Shown: positions 12,400-25,893, counted from the stretch's first letter. The stretch is 64,000 nt of DNA from Anthoceros angustus (GCA_010909165.1 MU008166.1:1736001-1800000); one strand, 5' to 3'. Numbers and translations: made by a program. The notes: generated by a model not told the origin, from the letters alone.

Positions 12400-14908
12400 A
12401 TAGATTAATTTATATTCTAGTTAAAAAGAATTATAGTACTTAATTTAAATATATAATACAAGTAATAAATTTATCCAATAATTAATATATTTATGTTTTT
12501 ACAAATATTATTTTTTTCTCTTAAATGCCTTATTTTTTCCCCTTTATGATGGGTTTTTTTGAATGGATTGGAGACTATGAATCTGTACTAATGGGGGTGG
12601 TTGGGGCTAAGCTCTAGTCCAAGTCCCACGTTTAGGACACCAGAAATGGAAGCCTAGACGTATCACTTGTGGCAAAAGGTCTAAAATAGGAGCTGAGCAT
12701 TTAGACAACTGCTTGGTAGACATGCATGCAAAATCCTTATTAGCCTGGCCCCGGCGAAGCACGAGGATAAAATAACTGCGCTGCAACACAATTGAGGAGG
12801 CTATGCAAGCCGCTGTCCACATGAACATTGTGGAGTGAAGGCCTTCTCCGGTTCTAGTCATAGCAGCTCCAGCAATAGCCAATGAAGGGTTGGCTCCTCC
12901 TTATCCTAACATGCCCTATCAAGGGCAAGGAGCCCTATGAGAACACAAGAGTGAGTGAGTTGCAAGGCGACAAGGGCACATTGTTGCTGCCCGAGCTCTT
13001 GCAGCAAGCTTGGAGAAGAAGAGCCATCCCTACCACACAAGCCACTCTCATGATGAAACAGGAGAGACATTAGCCAGGAGAGGCAGTAGGCTGACCCACT
13101 CAATGTTGGTTCCGCCTAAGCATCAGGAAGAGCCACAGAGTTAGTGAGGTTGGTTTGCAGTATAATATATCATGCTCTTGATTTGAGCTGGAGGAAAATG
13201 AGATCAGGAAGACTGTGTTCGAGTCTCTCAAGCTTAAACAGAAAGGAGCCCAATGCATCCTTCCACAAATCCCTGTTTAAGAGTGAGCATGCTTAGACAC
13301 TAGCTAGGAGAGACAGTAGCCTCTCCACTCTATAAATGCATTAAAGAAGATGAACATTGAAAAGTATTGGAGAAATAGATATAAGCTATTCTCAAGTATG
13401 ATTGGGGTATCAAATTGGACAGAAGCATTATATTCAAGTGACCCCGAGGTCTTAGCGAAACACCAAGCATCGAGATGTCACCCACGCTCAAAAATTATAG
13501 ATGGTTTTGCGGTGCGGCGGAAATACTATACAATTTGCATTGCAAGGACATCAAGTTACAAAGAATTGACATCGACCACGAGAAGATTAAATTTGCAAAA
13601 CATAATGCCAAAATTTATGGAGTACAAGATCGTATTGAATTTATCGTTGGAGACTTTTCAAACTTGCTCCCAAGCTAAAGGCGGACGTTGTTTTCTTGCA
13701 CCCCATGGGGTGGACCAAACTACGATAGCAAATCGAGGAGTTTGATTTGCAAACCATGTTGCAGCCAAAGGATGGCAAAACATTGTTTCTAATGGCACAA
13801 CTCATTGCGCCAAACATTTTAATGTTTCTCCTCGTAACACGCCTCTACCTCAACTTAAAACATTGCCGCCAACTTATACATCAAGTTCTAACGACATTTT
13901 GAGGCGAAACCAACTACATAGATAATGGTTGCAAAGGACTTACGTATTATGGAGATTTCCTTGCTCCTAAAAGAACTAGATTTTAGATAGATTAATGTAT
14001 ATTCTAGTTAAAAAGAATTATAGTACTTAATTTAGATTTTATAAATACAAGTAATAAATTTATCCAATACTTAATATATTATTTTTACAAATATTATTTT
14101 TCTCTTAAATGCCTTATTTTTCCCTTTATGATGGTTTTTGAATGGATTGGAGACTATGAATCTGTATTAATGGGGGTGGTTGGGGCTAAGCTCTAGTCCA
14201 AGTCCCACATTCAAGACAACAGAAATGGAAGCCTAGACGTATCACCTGTGGCAAAAAGTCTTAAACAGTAGCTGAGCATTTGGACAACTGCTTGGTAGAC
14301 ATGTTTGCAAAATCCTTATTAGCCTGGCCGGGGCCCGGCGAAGCACGAGGATAAAATAACTGCGCTGCAACACAATTGAGGAGGCTATGCAAGCCGCTGT
14401 CCACATGAACATTGTGGAGTGAAGGCCTTCTCCGGTTCTAGTCATAGCAGCTCCAGCAATAGCCAATGAAGGGTTGGCTCCTCCTTATCCTAACATGCCC
14501 TATCAAGGGCAAGGAGCCCTATGAGAACACAAGAGTGAGTGAGTTGCAAGGCGACAAGGGCACATTGTTGCTGCCCGAGCTCTTGCAGCAAGCTTGGAGA
14601 AGAAGAGCCATCCCTACCACACAAGCCACTCTCATGATGAAACAGGAGAGACATTAGCCAGGAGAGGCAGTAGGCTGACCCACTCAATGTTGGTTCCGCC
14701 TAAGCATCAGGAAGAGCCACAGAGTTAGTGAGGTTGGTTTGCAGTATAATATATCATGCTCTTGATTTGAGCTGGAGGAAAATGAGATCAGGAAGACTGT
14801 GTTCGAGTCTCTCAAGCTTAAACAGAAAGGAGCCCAATGCATCCTTCCACAAATCCCTGTTTAAGAGTGAGCATGCTTAGACACTAGCTAGGAGAGACAG
14901 TAGCCTCT
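11723..14908. repeat. About 1.6-kb tandem duplication (TGS1 3' part plus downstream DNA)
   Basis: Units start at 11723 and 13325; the junction sits at a shared CC.CTCTAT microhomology. Confidence 0.9.
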
Positions 14909-15370
14909 CCGCTCTATGTTGGTTCCTCTTAAGAATCATGGAGAGCCAGAGAGACAGTGAGGTTGGTTTGCAGTATAGTATCTCATGCTCTTGATTTGAG
15001 CTGCAGGAAAATGAGATCAGCAAGACTGTGTTCGAGTCTTTCAAGCGGGAAGGAGCCCAATCCATCCTTCCACTATCCCTGTTAAAGAGTTAGCAAGCTT
15101 TAGACTTCATCTAGGCAGTAGCGAGTTCTTCAGCGCGAGACGTTAATGAAACTTCAACAGTCCTTTAGGAGAGACAGTACCCTCCCCGCTCTATATTGGT
15201 TCCTCTTAAGAATCCTGGAGAAGCGGAGCCTGAGTCAGTGAGGTTGGTTGGCACTAGAATATCTCATGCTCTTGATTTGAGCTGCAGGAAAATGAGATCA
15301 GTAGGACTGTATTCAAGTTTTTCAACCTTGAGCAGCAAGGAGCCAAATGCATCCTTCCACATGTCCGTGT
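13105..15370. repeat. Four related 225-285-bp units
   Basis: GTGAGGTTGG...CATGCTCTTGATTTGAGCTG.AGGAAAATGAGATCAG recurs at about 13145, 14730, 14957 and 15238. Confidence 0.8.
13325..13986 (+). pseudogene. TGS1: 5'-truncated, indel-rich second copy of the TGS1-like ORF
   Basis: Near-identical to 11723-12399 but with many single-base indels and no N-terminus. Confidence 0.85.
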
Positions 15371-17113
15371 ATAAGCCTGCTTGCTCTATCTTGTGGGTTC
15401 TTCCTCTCCAGCATCCCCGACAGTTTCTGGTCAGGCAACTTAGGAATGGGGGGTTTTCAAGCTCGCCTTGGAGAAAGCTGAAAGCACAACCCCTTTCTCA
15501 AGTGCGAGACATATCACTTCCCCGAACCTTACACTGACAGCAATCTACAATGTGACCGACCTCATCAAGCACCCTCTCGACATCTGCCAAATGGCAGGTG
15601 CTCCGAGTTGGCAGCAGCTCCGAGTTCCAGCCGTGCAAGCCACGGCGGACGGCCCCTCCACACTCACTGTCCCCGGCCTAATAAAAAACGGGACGGCGGT
15701 CCAGCACACGGCTGCTACCAACTTCCAAGATGAAGAGCGATTTCCCCACCAGCTCCGTGCTACCGGGAGACTTGATAGAGGTGACGGCTTCATCATGCTC
15801 GTTGGTGAATGCCAACTACGCTGCTAATTCTCTCTTCTGGTGTTGCAAGCCCTGCTGTCATTCTTGCTCGAGACCTGTGCTATTATGTGGTAGACTCTCG
15901 ATTGCAGCGTCAGCAATCAAGCTCACAAATTCCCCCTACCCCCTTCCTTTGCTCCTCCAAACCCTAGCTCTTCACATTCTGAGAGAGATCCTAGGTCCTT
16001 GCTACCGGGCACTCGACAGAATTGAGGGCCGGCCTCACCACAGGCTCGCTGGTGAGTGCTAACTACTCCGTACATTCTCTCTTCTGGTGTCGCAAGCTCT
16101 CCTTGTTTTTTCTTGCACCAGGTCTGTAACGAATGTGATTGACTGTTTGAGCGGCAGCAAAACAAGCTGACAGCTTCTGCTCCACTCCTTCAATGCAAAC
16201 CCCAGCTCCTACATCCTGTTCTGTTGAGAGAGAGGTCACTGTTGGCCGCTCCCGTAATGGAATCTCATCACTCACACCAGGAAGAAAGGGGAAGGAAAAG
16301 GTACAGTACATCAGGACAAAACTTTCTCCAGATGCTCTGGCATGCAGAGCTCGGAAACCTCCCATCGTATGTCTCGGCATTTTTGGAAGAGATCCTTGGA
16401 ACCGTCTGGATCCCCGTTTCCAGTCCCCTCTGTCGGGAACGCAACATCGGTGACGGTGGGAAACCTGGTTCCATGCCCCCCGGCCCGTTACTTGCAGGGG
16501 AGTAATAACTCGACGAAAGCGCCAGCGCAGTTTCTTTGGAGTTTGGTAATTACCGTCCCGTTGACGTGGCGTAGGGTCTAGCGTAAAGGAAAGCGTGAGC
16601 AAGAGGGTTTGGCGGGGACTATAGAAGGAGCCCTGCGCGCGGGTTTTCTCAGTTTCGACATCGCGGCTCACGGGAACGCGACCCATCTCCTCTCCTCCGC
16701 CTTCTCTTCTTCTCTCAATTCTCCTCCCTACTGTTGCACCGCCAGCGGGCGTGTGCTTTTGGAGACGCGTATCGCGAGCGTCTCATGCGGCTAACCGGAA
16801 CGCTTTTGTCTTCTTCCAAATTCCTCCCCGTTCGCTGATAGTGGTGCGTCGCATGCTGTCCAGGCAGAATTGGAACTCTTTGCTTCCTGGAAATCGATGT
16901 TGCAATGGATTGCAGGGTTTGGGTGTTTGCCGTAATTCTAGGTTTTGAACCGTTGCGTAGTAGGGGGATTGGTGTGGCAGGGTTGTCGGAGTGGAAGTGT
17001 GTGTTTAATTTGGGAAGCCGTGTAGAGGGGTGCTGATCTCATTGCTGTTTGTCTGCGGCAGGTAGTTGCTGGAGTCTATTGCTGTCGAGGGCTCAAGTTA
17101 CGCTTTGATCACC

Positions 17114-19946
17114 ATGGATGCAGCAGGGTTTACGTTCAAGGTATTGGCTTTGTGTGGTTCTGAGAAGATTGTTTCGCGCATGGCAGTTATGGCGGGAGTT
17201 GCTAGGGTAGTGCCTGGTGGGATTTGCTGATGTGGTGTGGTGGTGGTTGTCAGATACATTACAATGGCCGTGCTCGCCGCGTCACCCTTCCCACGGGTGA
17301 GGTTCCGGCGTTTTCGGAGTTGGAGCGAAAGGTGCGGGATCTCTTCAACATCCCTGCGTCTCAGAATATCGCCATAGCATACAAGGACGAAGATGGGGAG
17401 TTTATGGATATGGATTCTACCGAGGAGCTGAAGGATGCGTGCCTCTCTCAGAAGCTTAACCCGCTGCACTTGGCTGTGAGTCACGCCGCTTCTGTCCCTC
17501 TGGTGGCTCCGGCAGCTGCTCCTGCAGTTTCGCCGGCTGCTGCCAGGCCTGCGGTGCCTCCTGCCGCTTCTGCTTCTCCCTCCTCTCCGGGATCTGGTGC
17601 ACGGGTGGAGGCAGTGGATGGCTGGTTTCCGTTTCCAGGAGGAACGGCTGAAGCAGAAAGGATCCGCCGTCTTGTGGAGTCAGTCGTCGGTTCCACAGGG
17701 ATTGTGTCGGCCGAAGCAGCAGTCGAGGTTTTGGACCATGCGATACGGGCTCTGAGTCCCGCAGCAGAAGGTGTAAAGCAGTTGGTGCCAGAATGTGAGG
17801 CTGCGGTGAAAAAAGCAGGAAGAGAGCTCGCTCCGGTTGTCATTGACACCCTTGAGCGGGTTCTTAAGTCTCTGAAGGCTAATCAGGTACCCGCCAGCCC
17901 AGAGAAGACGACCAGCGAGAGTGTGAATGAGAAGGAGCCTGTGGTTGCGCCGAAAGGTGGTCCGTCACAGAGTGGTGAGACGCGTTCCGATGTGGGCATG
18001 GATGGGCCCTCCTGGTATCGTCCTCGAGGACCAGTGGTGTCTGGTTTATTTGCACGTCCCACGATGGACGCGAATGACGTGGGACGTGGTACATACGAAT
18101 CTGTTCCGAAGGTGGGCAATGCCTCTGGTGGGGAGTATCTCAGTCAGGTATTGCACTACGGAGTCAAGTGCGATGGGTGTGGGATAGCGCCCATTCCCGG
18201 ATCTCGGTTCAGGTCGCTCAAGTACGTGCCGCTGCCTTGGCTTTGAGTTCTTTCTACGCACTAACTGTGTGATTGGTTACTGACGGTCGGGTCTGGCTGC
18301 AGGAAGTTCGATTTTGACTTGTGTTTCCCTTGCTACAAAGAGAGTGAAGACAAGGATGGAGAGTACGAGCGAATTGATGTACCTCGGTACGCTAAGGGGC
18401 GTCCGGCTTCGTGTCAGCCTTCCCTTTCTTTTGGGAGACATGTTTCCAATGGAATAGCCGAACCTTGCTCGTCGAAGCCTTATCGTTATCCAGCATTTCA
18501 AGGCTCCGGAACTTTCGCTCGCCCCTTCCAGCATGTGATTCCTTCCTTCCGTGGCCCCTATGTTGGTGGAAGGTCATGCTCCCGCCCTGTTCCACCACCT
18601 GGCTTCGGAACTGGTGTAGCAAAGCCGGATGCTCGCTTCGTGCAAGATGTGAGCATCTTTGATGGAACTGAGTTTGCACCAGGAACTCACTTCACCAAGA
18701 TTTGGCGGCTGCGCAACAGTGGGTCTGTGCCTTGGCCCCAGAATACTCAGCTGGTACATGTTGGTGGAGATGCATTGGGTGGTACTTCAGGAATTCCCTT
18801 GGAGGTAAACACGCACACATCTTCATAGCTCGCAAGGTTAAGCTTTCTTGGCTACGATGGTAATTTAAACACTCGTTCACCATGCGGCTGTCCAGATGCC
18901 GGAAGGAGGGCTGGCCCCAGAAGCGGAGCTAGATGCTCCGGTTGATCTTGTGGCCCCAGAGAGGCCTGGCCGTTACGTATCACACTGGCGTCTGCAGGCG
19001 CCTAACGGTCCAAAGTTTGGTCATCGTGTGTGGGTTCTGATTCAAGTACGTTTGACGTTTGATGATTTGATAGTGTAGGAATGGGGAGTTATTTATGGTT
19101 GAAATCAATTGTGGTTTTGTTTCTTTGCTTATCTTGTGTATCTGTTCCTGTGTTTACAGGTGGTTCCTAAGGGCGAGCAATCACCCCAGCTTGCAGCATC
19201 CATAGATGTGGAAAGTATCCCTTCACCCGTCCAAGCCGATGCCTCACTGCCTCAGGAGGATGATGGCAAGGTTGAGGATAAGGATGTTGCAGATGTTTCG
19301 GGCCCGCCTGTTTCTGACCTGGTCAGTGGTGAGAAGGGACAGTCTGTCCCTACAGATGTGGTACCTGAGAATGCCCCTTTTCCGGTCACCTCTGTTCCGG
19401 ACAAGGTTGCAGCTGTTGAGTTGCCATTGGTTGGGAACTCTGAGGTAGAAGGGTTCTCCGTGGTTGAAATGCCGGTAGGAAACAGTGCATCTTCTTTTCC
19501 AGCTTCTCCCCGATCCGTGCATGCAGAGAACCTCGAAGGTGAACTGAGTGACCTCGACAGAGAACTGGGTGAAGTCGACAGTCTGTTGTTGAAGTTAGAG
19601 TCTATGGGATTTCGCGAGAAATCCTTGAACAAATATCTGCTGGAGAGTAACGGTTTCGATCTCCAGCGCACTGTGGATGACCTCGTGTCAGCGGCAGATT
19701 GGGACCCTATCATGGAAGAGTTGGACGAGATGGTATGCAGCTAAGCACCAAGTTTTCCTTCCATCAGTTCCTTTTGTCAGCATCAGAGCTGGTTCCTTAC
19801 GGTCTGTCTTGCTTGCTGTGAAGGGTTTCTCAAACTTGGAAGAGAATCGGCGCTTGATGTTCAAGAACAATGGCAGTGTGAAGCGAGTTGTGAAGGAGCT
19901 TGTACAAATGTACGCGGACGTGAAGCCCAAAGACAAGTTGGTTTGA
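17114..19946 (+). CDS. NBR1: Selective autophagy receptor NBR1 (PB1-ZZ-FW-UBA-UBA), 6 coding exons
   Basis: Exons 17114-17140, 17254-18221, 18303-18804, 18896-19045, 19160-19732, 19824-19946. PB1 (YKDEDGE), ZZ (CDGC...FDLCFPC), FW (FTKIWRLRNSG...YVSHWRL), and UBA domains flanking a WDPI AIM/LIR. Confidence 0.95.
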
Positions 19947-20603
19947 GTCTCGGCCAAAAGTCCTCAGGAGCGATTACGTGGATGTTCCCTTTGTCTATCG
20001 TGTAAATATGTCTGTCTGGCGTAGTGATCCCCCCAGCGTGGACTCCTGAGATCGTGTTGTCCATTGTGTTTTCCAGATGTGTTATGTTTTGGGGTGTGTT
20101 TTATGTAGTCAATGTTATAGTGCTGGTAATACCGTGTGCAGCCCTTGTGTTGCTACGTTGTTATACTCTGGGCTTCCAGACCTGTATGTGTTTTTCCGTT
20201 GAATGCTGTGAATATGCATCAATACATCGCCCAGCTTACTACATCTCTCTAACCCATCAGTCTTGTTTTTAGTGTCTATAATCCCAAGATCTCGTGATGA
20301 GTCTTTACCATCCAGAGAATGGAAGCAGACGGTCGGTGAGAAAACACCTCTGCGATAGCCGCCAAGGCAGGAACACTGTTCATCTGTGCCATTCTAAACA
20401 CATTTCAGACATAACAGGTTGCATGCATTATGCCAATCTTCTTTTCAGATTCGCTTGTTGAAAACTACGCGGCACATGCGAAACGACAGCGTCTTTTGGA
20501 GTCGATATGCTTCAACATCTCCCAGCTCACGTGACAGCTCCAGACCATCCCGACCATAAAAATAATTCGGGCAATGAAACACTGCCGATCTGTAGACCCG
20601 TTC

Positions 20604-20722
20604 CATTTAAGGTCCATTTAACACATAACAGGCCGAATGCTTCCTCCCAATCTGGTTTCCAGACATTTAAGGTCCATTTAACACATAACAGGCCGAATGC
20701 TTCCTCCCAATCTGGTTTCCAG
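20604..20722. repeat. 60-bp direct tandem duplication
   Basis: CATTTAAGGTCCATTTAACAC starts at 20604 and 20664. Confidence 0.9.
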
Positions 20723-20804
20723 ATTCGCTTGTTAAAAAGTACTCTACACGTCGGAAACGACAGAATCGCGGACAACGTCTTGCAATCAGAACGCCAGCAT
20801 CTAC

Positions 20805-21206
20805 TGTTAGGAAAAGAGCTGAGCCTTTATAGAGAGGGAACACAACACTCCCATACAATATGGGTTATATGCACTAGGCACACTAGATACTAGCACACAA
20901 GCACACAAGGACACTTGCACACACCACACCTTACAAATAGGTGGGCTTGGCCTTATATAGTCCTAGCCTTGAATCCTACTGGTCACTTGACCTTGAATCC
21001 TATTGGTTACTTGACCTTGAGTCCTATTGGTCACTTGACCTTGAATCCTACTGGTCACTTGACTTGCCCTTTACTTTTGGACTTTCTAGAAGATACTTTC
21101 TAGAAGATGCATGACTTTCAAGTTATTTTAGGGCACTCTTCATAACCTGCTTTTAGGGCACTCTTCATAACATATTTTGATATGTTGTAATAAATCACTT
21201 CTAACA
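20805..21206 (-). repeat. 3' LTR of copia element 2 (contains about four 24-bp repeats)
   Basis: 402 bp, differs from the other LTR at only a few positions. Confidence 0.95.
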
Positions 21207-24200
21207 CTCCCACTCAACATATCAAAATTATTCCCTTAGGCCTAGCATCTTGCTAAACCTAGCATGTTTTTCTAAAGTCAAGGCTTTGGTCAAAATATCT
21301 GCCGGCATGTCTCTGTTGGACAATACTCTAGCTTTACCTCTTTTGACTTTACCTTCTCTCTTATAAAGTGATGTTTCACTTCGATGTGTTTGGTTCTAGC
21401 ATGAAAAGTTGCATTCTTGGCTAAGAAGATGCAACCTTGATTGTCGTTGAAGATTGTTGTTGCTTCCTTTGCTTGAATCCCATCTCCTCTAGCAAGTTAC
21501 GCAACCATATCGCCTCCATGACTGCAGAGCATGTTGCCATATATTCTGCTTCTGTAGAGGATAGAGCCACAGTAGGTTGTCTCCTACTATTCCAAGAAAT
21601 GGCTCCCCATTCAGCATAAACGCATATCCAGTCGTAGACTTGCGACTATCAACATCTCCTACCGAATCACAATATCCTACCACTCGGACTTCCTGCGATG
21701 CTCCTGATACACCAAATTCCAATGCTTTGTACCACTCAAGTACCTCATTATCCTCTTCACGGCTTGAAATCACTGTCCAGGTTAGCCATAAATTGACTTG
21801 CAACTCCCACTCTGCAATGTCGGGCCTTGTCCTCAGAGATAAATAGGTGAGGCATCCAACGACACCGATAGAGAGTTTTATCTACCTTCTCCTTCTCTTC
21901 TTCTTGTAGGACTCATCTCCTTTGAGAGCTTCTCATTAAGCACCATTGGTGTCTTCACAGCTTGCACTCTTGCATTCCAAAGCGCTTGGGACATTCTCAA
22001 CATATGTCCTTTGGCTCAAAGAGATCTTCTTGTTAGCCCTCTCTCATTACTTCTATCCTAGAAAGTAATGAAGTTCACCTAGATCCCTCATATCAAAACT
22101 ATCATTAAGACTCTTCTTCGTACTCTAAGAGCTCCAAATCATTGCAAACAAGGATTAGATCATCCACATAGACAATGATCATCATGGACTCTCACTCTCT
22201 TCACATAGATGTTCCAATCTCCATTGGTTTTCTTGAAACCTCTAGCTTGGAAGAACTTGTCAATCTTAACATACCGTAAGTGCAGTTGCTTAAGACCATA
22301 AGTGCCTTTAGCAATTTACATACCTCACTTTCCCCCGCACTTCATACCCCTTCCGTTGGTTCATGTAGATCTCTTCTTCCAATCTCCATTGAAAGCAGTT
22401 TGGACATCCATGTGATGTATCTCCGGATCCATGGTAGCTATTGCTAAGAGTATACGAATGGATGTTATCTTAGCAGGGAGAAAGTGTCGGTGTAGTCAAT
22501 ACGCACTTGTGTATATCCCTTCCCCACCAGCCTTGCTTTGTATCGCTCTATGCTCCCATCGTTGTGCTTGATCTTGAACACCCATTTGGATCCTATGCAC
22601 TTCCTTCCTTGGGGTAGAGGAGTGATTTCCCAAGTCTTGTTCTTGATAAGTGAGTTATACTCACTATCCAGGCTTCTTTCCACTCCTTCACCTTTGGCCC
22701 TTCCAAGGCTTCCTTCAAGCTTTGCGGCTCATCAGCATCTGCCAACATAGCCTCTTCGTACTTGCATGCATTCATGGACTCCAAAATTTTCTGCGAAGGT
22801 TTCCATCGCCTTGATGATCTCCTGATCTGGGTCGGCTCCTCTTGGATTCTTCGATCTCGCTCCTCTTCATCATCCTCGATATCCGGGGCTTCTCCACCTT
22901 CTATATCACCTTGTGGTAGAGGTTGCTCATGCTCAGGAACAAGTTGAGCATGCTCAAGAGTAGGTTGCTCAAGAACCAAGTCTTGTGCTTCTTCACGCTC
23001 CTTCAACTCCTTGATAACAACTTGCGTTGCTCCCACTCCTTTGTTAGGTTCCACAACCTCATGAAAAACAACATCCCTACTGAAAATGATTTTCTTGGTT
23101 GTAGGGTTGTATAATCTATACCCCTTTACCTCATCGGAATACCCAAGCATGATGCACTGGATGCCTTTAGGATCCCACTTGGTTCGGTTTTGCTTTGGAA
23201 CATGAGCATAAACCTCAGAACCAAAGATCCTAAAATGACTCACGTTAGGTTTGACACTAGACCATGCCTCCTCCGGGGTCATTCCAGGTACAGCCTTGGT
23301 TGGAACTCTATTCAAAACATGAGTCAGAGTAACACCTCTCCCAAAACGCCTCCAACCCACTTTGATGGAGCATGCACTTGGCCGCCCACTAGGCTCCTTA
23401 GCTTGCGCTCCGCCACTCCATTTTGCTCCGGTGTGTGAGGAATTGTTAGTTGCCTCCGAATGCCATGCTCCTTGCAAAAGCTTTTGAATTGAGAAGAGAT
23501 GTATTCTCCTCCATTGTCACTCCTCGAGTCTTGAGGCATTCTCCACTTTTCCTCTCCACCAAGGCTTTCCACTCCTTGAATGTCTTGAACACTTGGACTT
23601 CTCCTTCAAAAGGTATGTCCAACTCCTCCTTGTGAAGTCATCCACAAACACTAGAATGTAGCGGGCTCCTCCATGGGTAGGGTTCTTCATTGGTCCACAC
23701 ATCGGTGTGTACAAGTTCCAACGCCTTTGCCGCCGACGCCCAATCCTTGGGAACTTGGTTGGTGAAGCTTTCCCATCATGCACCCTTGGCACAATCGCGC
23801 TCACCAATCTCTTTCAAATCCAAGCCGGTCACCATTTGTTGATTCTTCATCATCTTGATGTTGTCCACTCCAGTGCCCCAAGCGTTGATGCCACAAATCT
23901 ATTGACCCGTGCTCTTAGGCGAGCTTGACACAAATGTGCAAGCTTGTTGATCACCTACGGAAGCACACAACTTATAGAGATTGCCTTCCGAACACCTCGA
24001 GCTATCACCTTGACATTAGGTGATTACGGTTGCTCGGGTTGGATGCGACATCCTCGAGTTGAACACAATCTCATTCCTGTGGTGATTCTTGCTCGAAAGA
24101 AGATTCTTCGCAAGACCAGCACATGGTGTACATCCTTGATTGTACCTTTGGATGGTCCTCCAGGAGTTGAACTTTAATCACACCTCTTCCTTTGATCTCG

Positions 24201-25490
24201 TGTGACCTATTGTCTCCAAGCGCCACTTTATGCCCCGCATTTCTTCATAGCTTGAGAACCAAGGCCGTTGTAGGTGAAGTGTTGAGATGCTCCAGTCGGT
24301 ACAAACTCTCATCCTTCTTTGATGGGAGTCGTACTCTTTCTGGTTGAGACAATGAAAGATGTTCTTCCTTCTCACTCACTTGATTGGCTTGTGACTCCTT
24401 TCCCTTCTTCTTCAAGTCACCAACCTTGTCCTACAATCCTTGGCATAGTGATTAGGCTTTTTGCAATAATGGCAAGTACCCCACACCTTTTCTTCGCACC
24501 TTTTCTCCTTGATCCTTCTTGAGTTGGCTTGTGAAGTCTTCCCACGTGTTGTTCCCTTCTTTGAGAAGAGCACCGAGTCTCCATTCTCTTCTTTCTTGAA
24601 GGAATTCTCCAGCTCCTCTTGTAGGAGCAACCCAACCACCTCATCCAACGTTGGTGGTTGGTCGCTTGACGCATCGCTACCGACGCTCTAAAGGCCAACA
24701 CAAATTGCTTGTATGCGGATGGTAAGCTACTCGGCAACACCACGATAACCTTTTCTTTCGAAGGTTTGACGTCCGCCTTCATTTGATCCACCAAGTTCTT
24801 CAACTTGTTGACGTGTTGTTGAATGGTGTCACCTCGACCATCTTGAAGTTGGCGAATTGTTGCTCCAACAACATCTCATTCACCAAGCTCTTCTTCTCAT
24901 ACGTGTTGCAGAGGGTCGTCCACGCCGCTTTTGATGTTGCACACTCACTCAATTGAGAGAGTATGTCATCGGACACATTGAGGAGAATCGTGCCAATGCT
25001 CGTCCATCTTTCTGTCCACTTGGTGGGTGTTTCTCCGAGGCCATTGTCGACAAACTTCCATAGTCCTCGATCGATGAGAAGCATCTTGACTTCAACTTCC
25101 ACAATGTGAAGTTTGTGCCTCAAACTTCCACTAGTGTCTCCATGCTTGTTGACGCCATGCTAGTTTTCCTACAATTGATCTTGAAGACCAAAGCACCTCA
25201 CCACATGCACTACAAGATTAGTATCAAGACCTTTCCAATTGCACAAGATCTCGCTCTAGGCTAAGAACTCATGTGAGTTTGTGCCTCCAAACTTCTCCAC
25301 CAAGTTCTTCAACTTCCACAATGTGAAGTTTGTGCCTCCAAACTTCTCCACTAGTCGTGTCTCCATGCTTGTTGACGCCATGCTTAGTTTTCCTACAATT
25401 GATCTTGAAGACCAAAGCACCTCACTCACATGCACTACAAGATTAGTATCAAGACCTTCCATCTCATAAGGCTCTAGGCAGACGATACCA

Positions 25491-25893
25491 TGTTAGGAAA
25501 AGAGCTGAGCCTTTATAGAGAGGGAACACAACACTCCCATACAATATGGGTTATATGCACTAGGCACACTAGATACTAGCACACAAGCACACAAGAACAC
25601 TTGCACACACCACACCTTACAAATAGGTGGGCTTGGCCTTATATAGTCCTAGCCTTGAATCCTACTGGTCACTTGACCTTGAATCCTATTGGTCACTTGA
25701 CCTTGAGTCCTATTGGTCACTTGACCTTGAATCCTATTGGTTACTTGACTTGCCCTTTACTTTTGGACTTTCTAGAAGATACTTTCTAGAAGATGCATGA
25801 CTTTCAAGTTATTTTTAGGGCACTCTTCATAACCTGCTTTTAGGGCACTCTTCATAACATATTTTGATATGTTGTAATAAATCACTTCTAACA
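25491..25893 (-). repeat. 5' LTR of copia element 2
   Basis: 403 bp, adjacent to a TGGTATC PBS. Confidence 0.95.

Larger units (their letters stand above)
20805..25893 (-). mobile_element. Full-length Ty1/copia LTR retrotransposon with TCTAC TSD
   Basis: LTRs at 20805-21206 and 25491-25893 (TG...CA, near-identical); TSD TCTAC at 20800-20804 and 25894-25898; PPT next to 21207. Minus-strand gag, zinc knuckle, integrase ([16 protein letters not shown]), RT and RNase H, all frameshifted. Confidence 0.97.
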
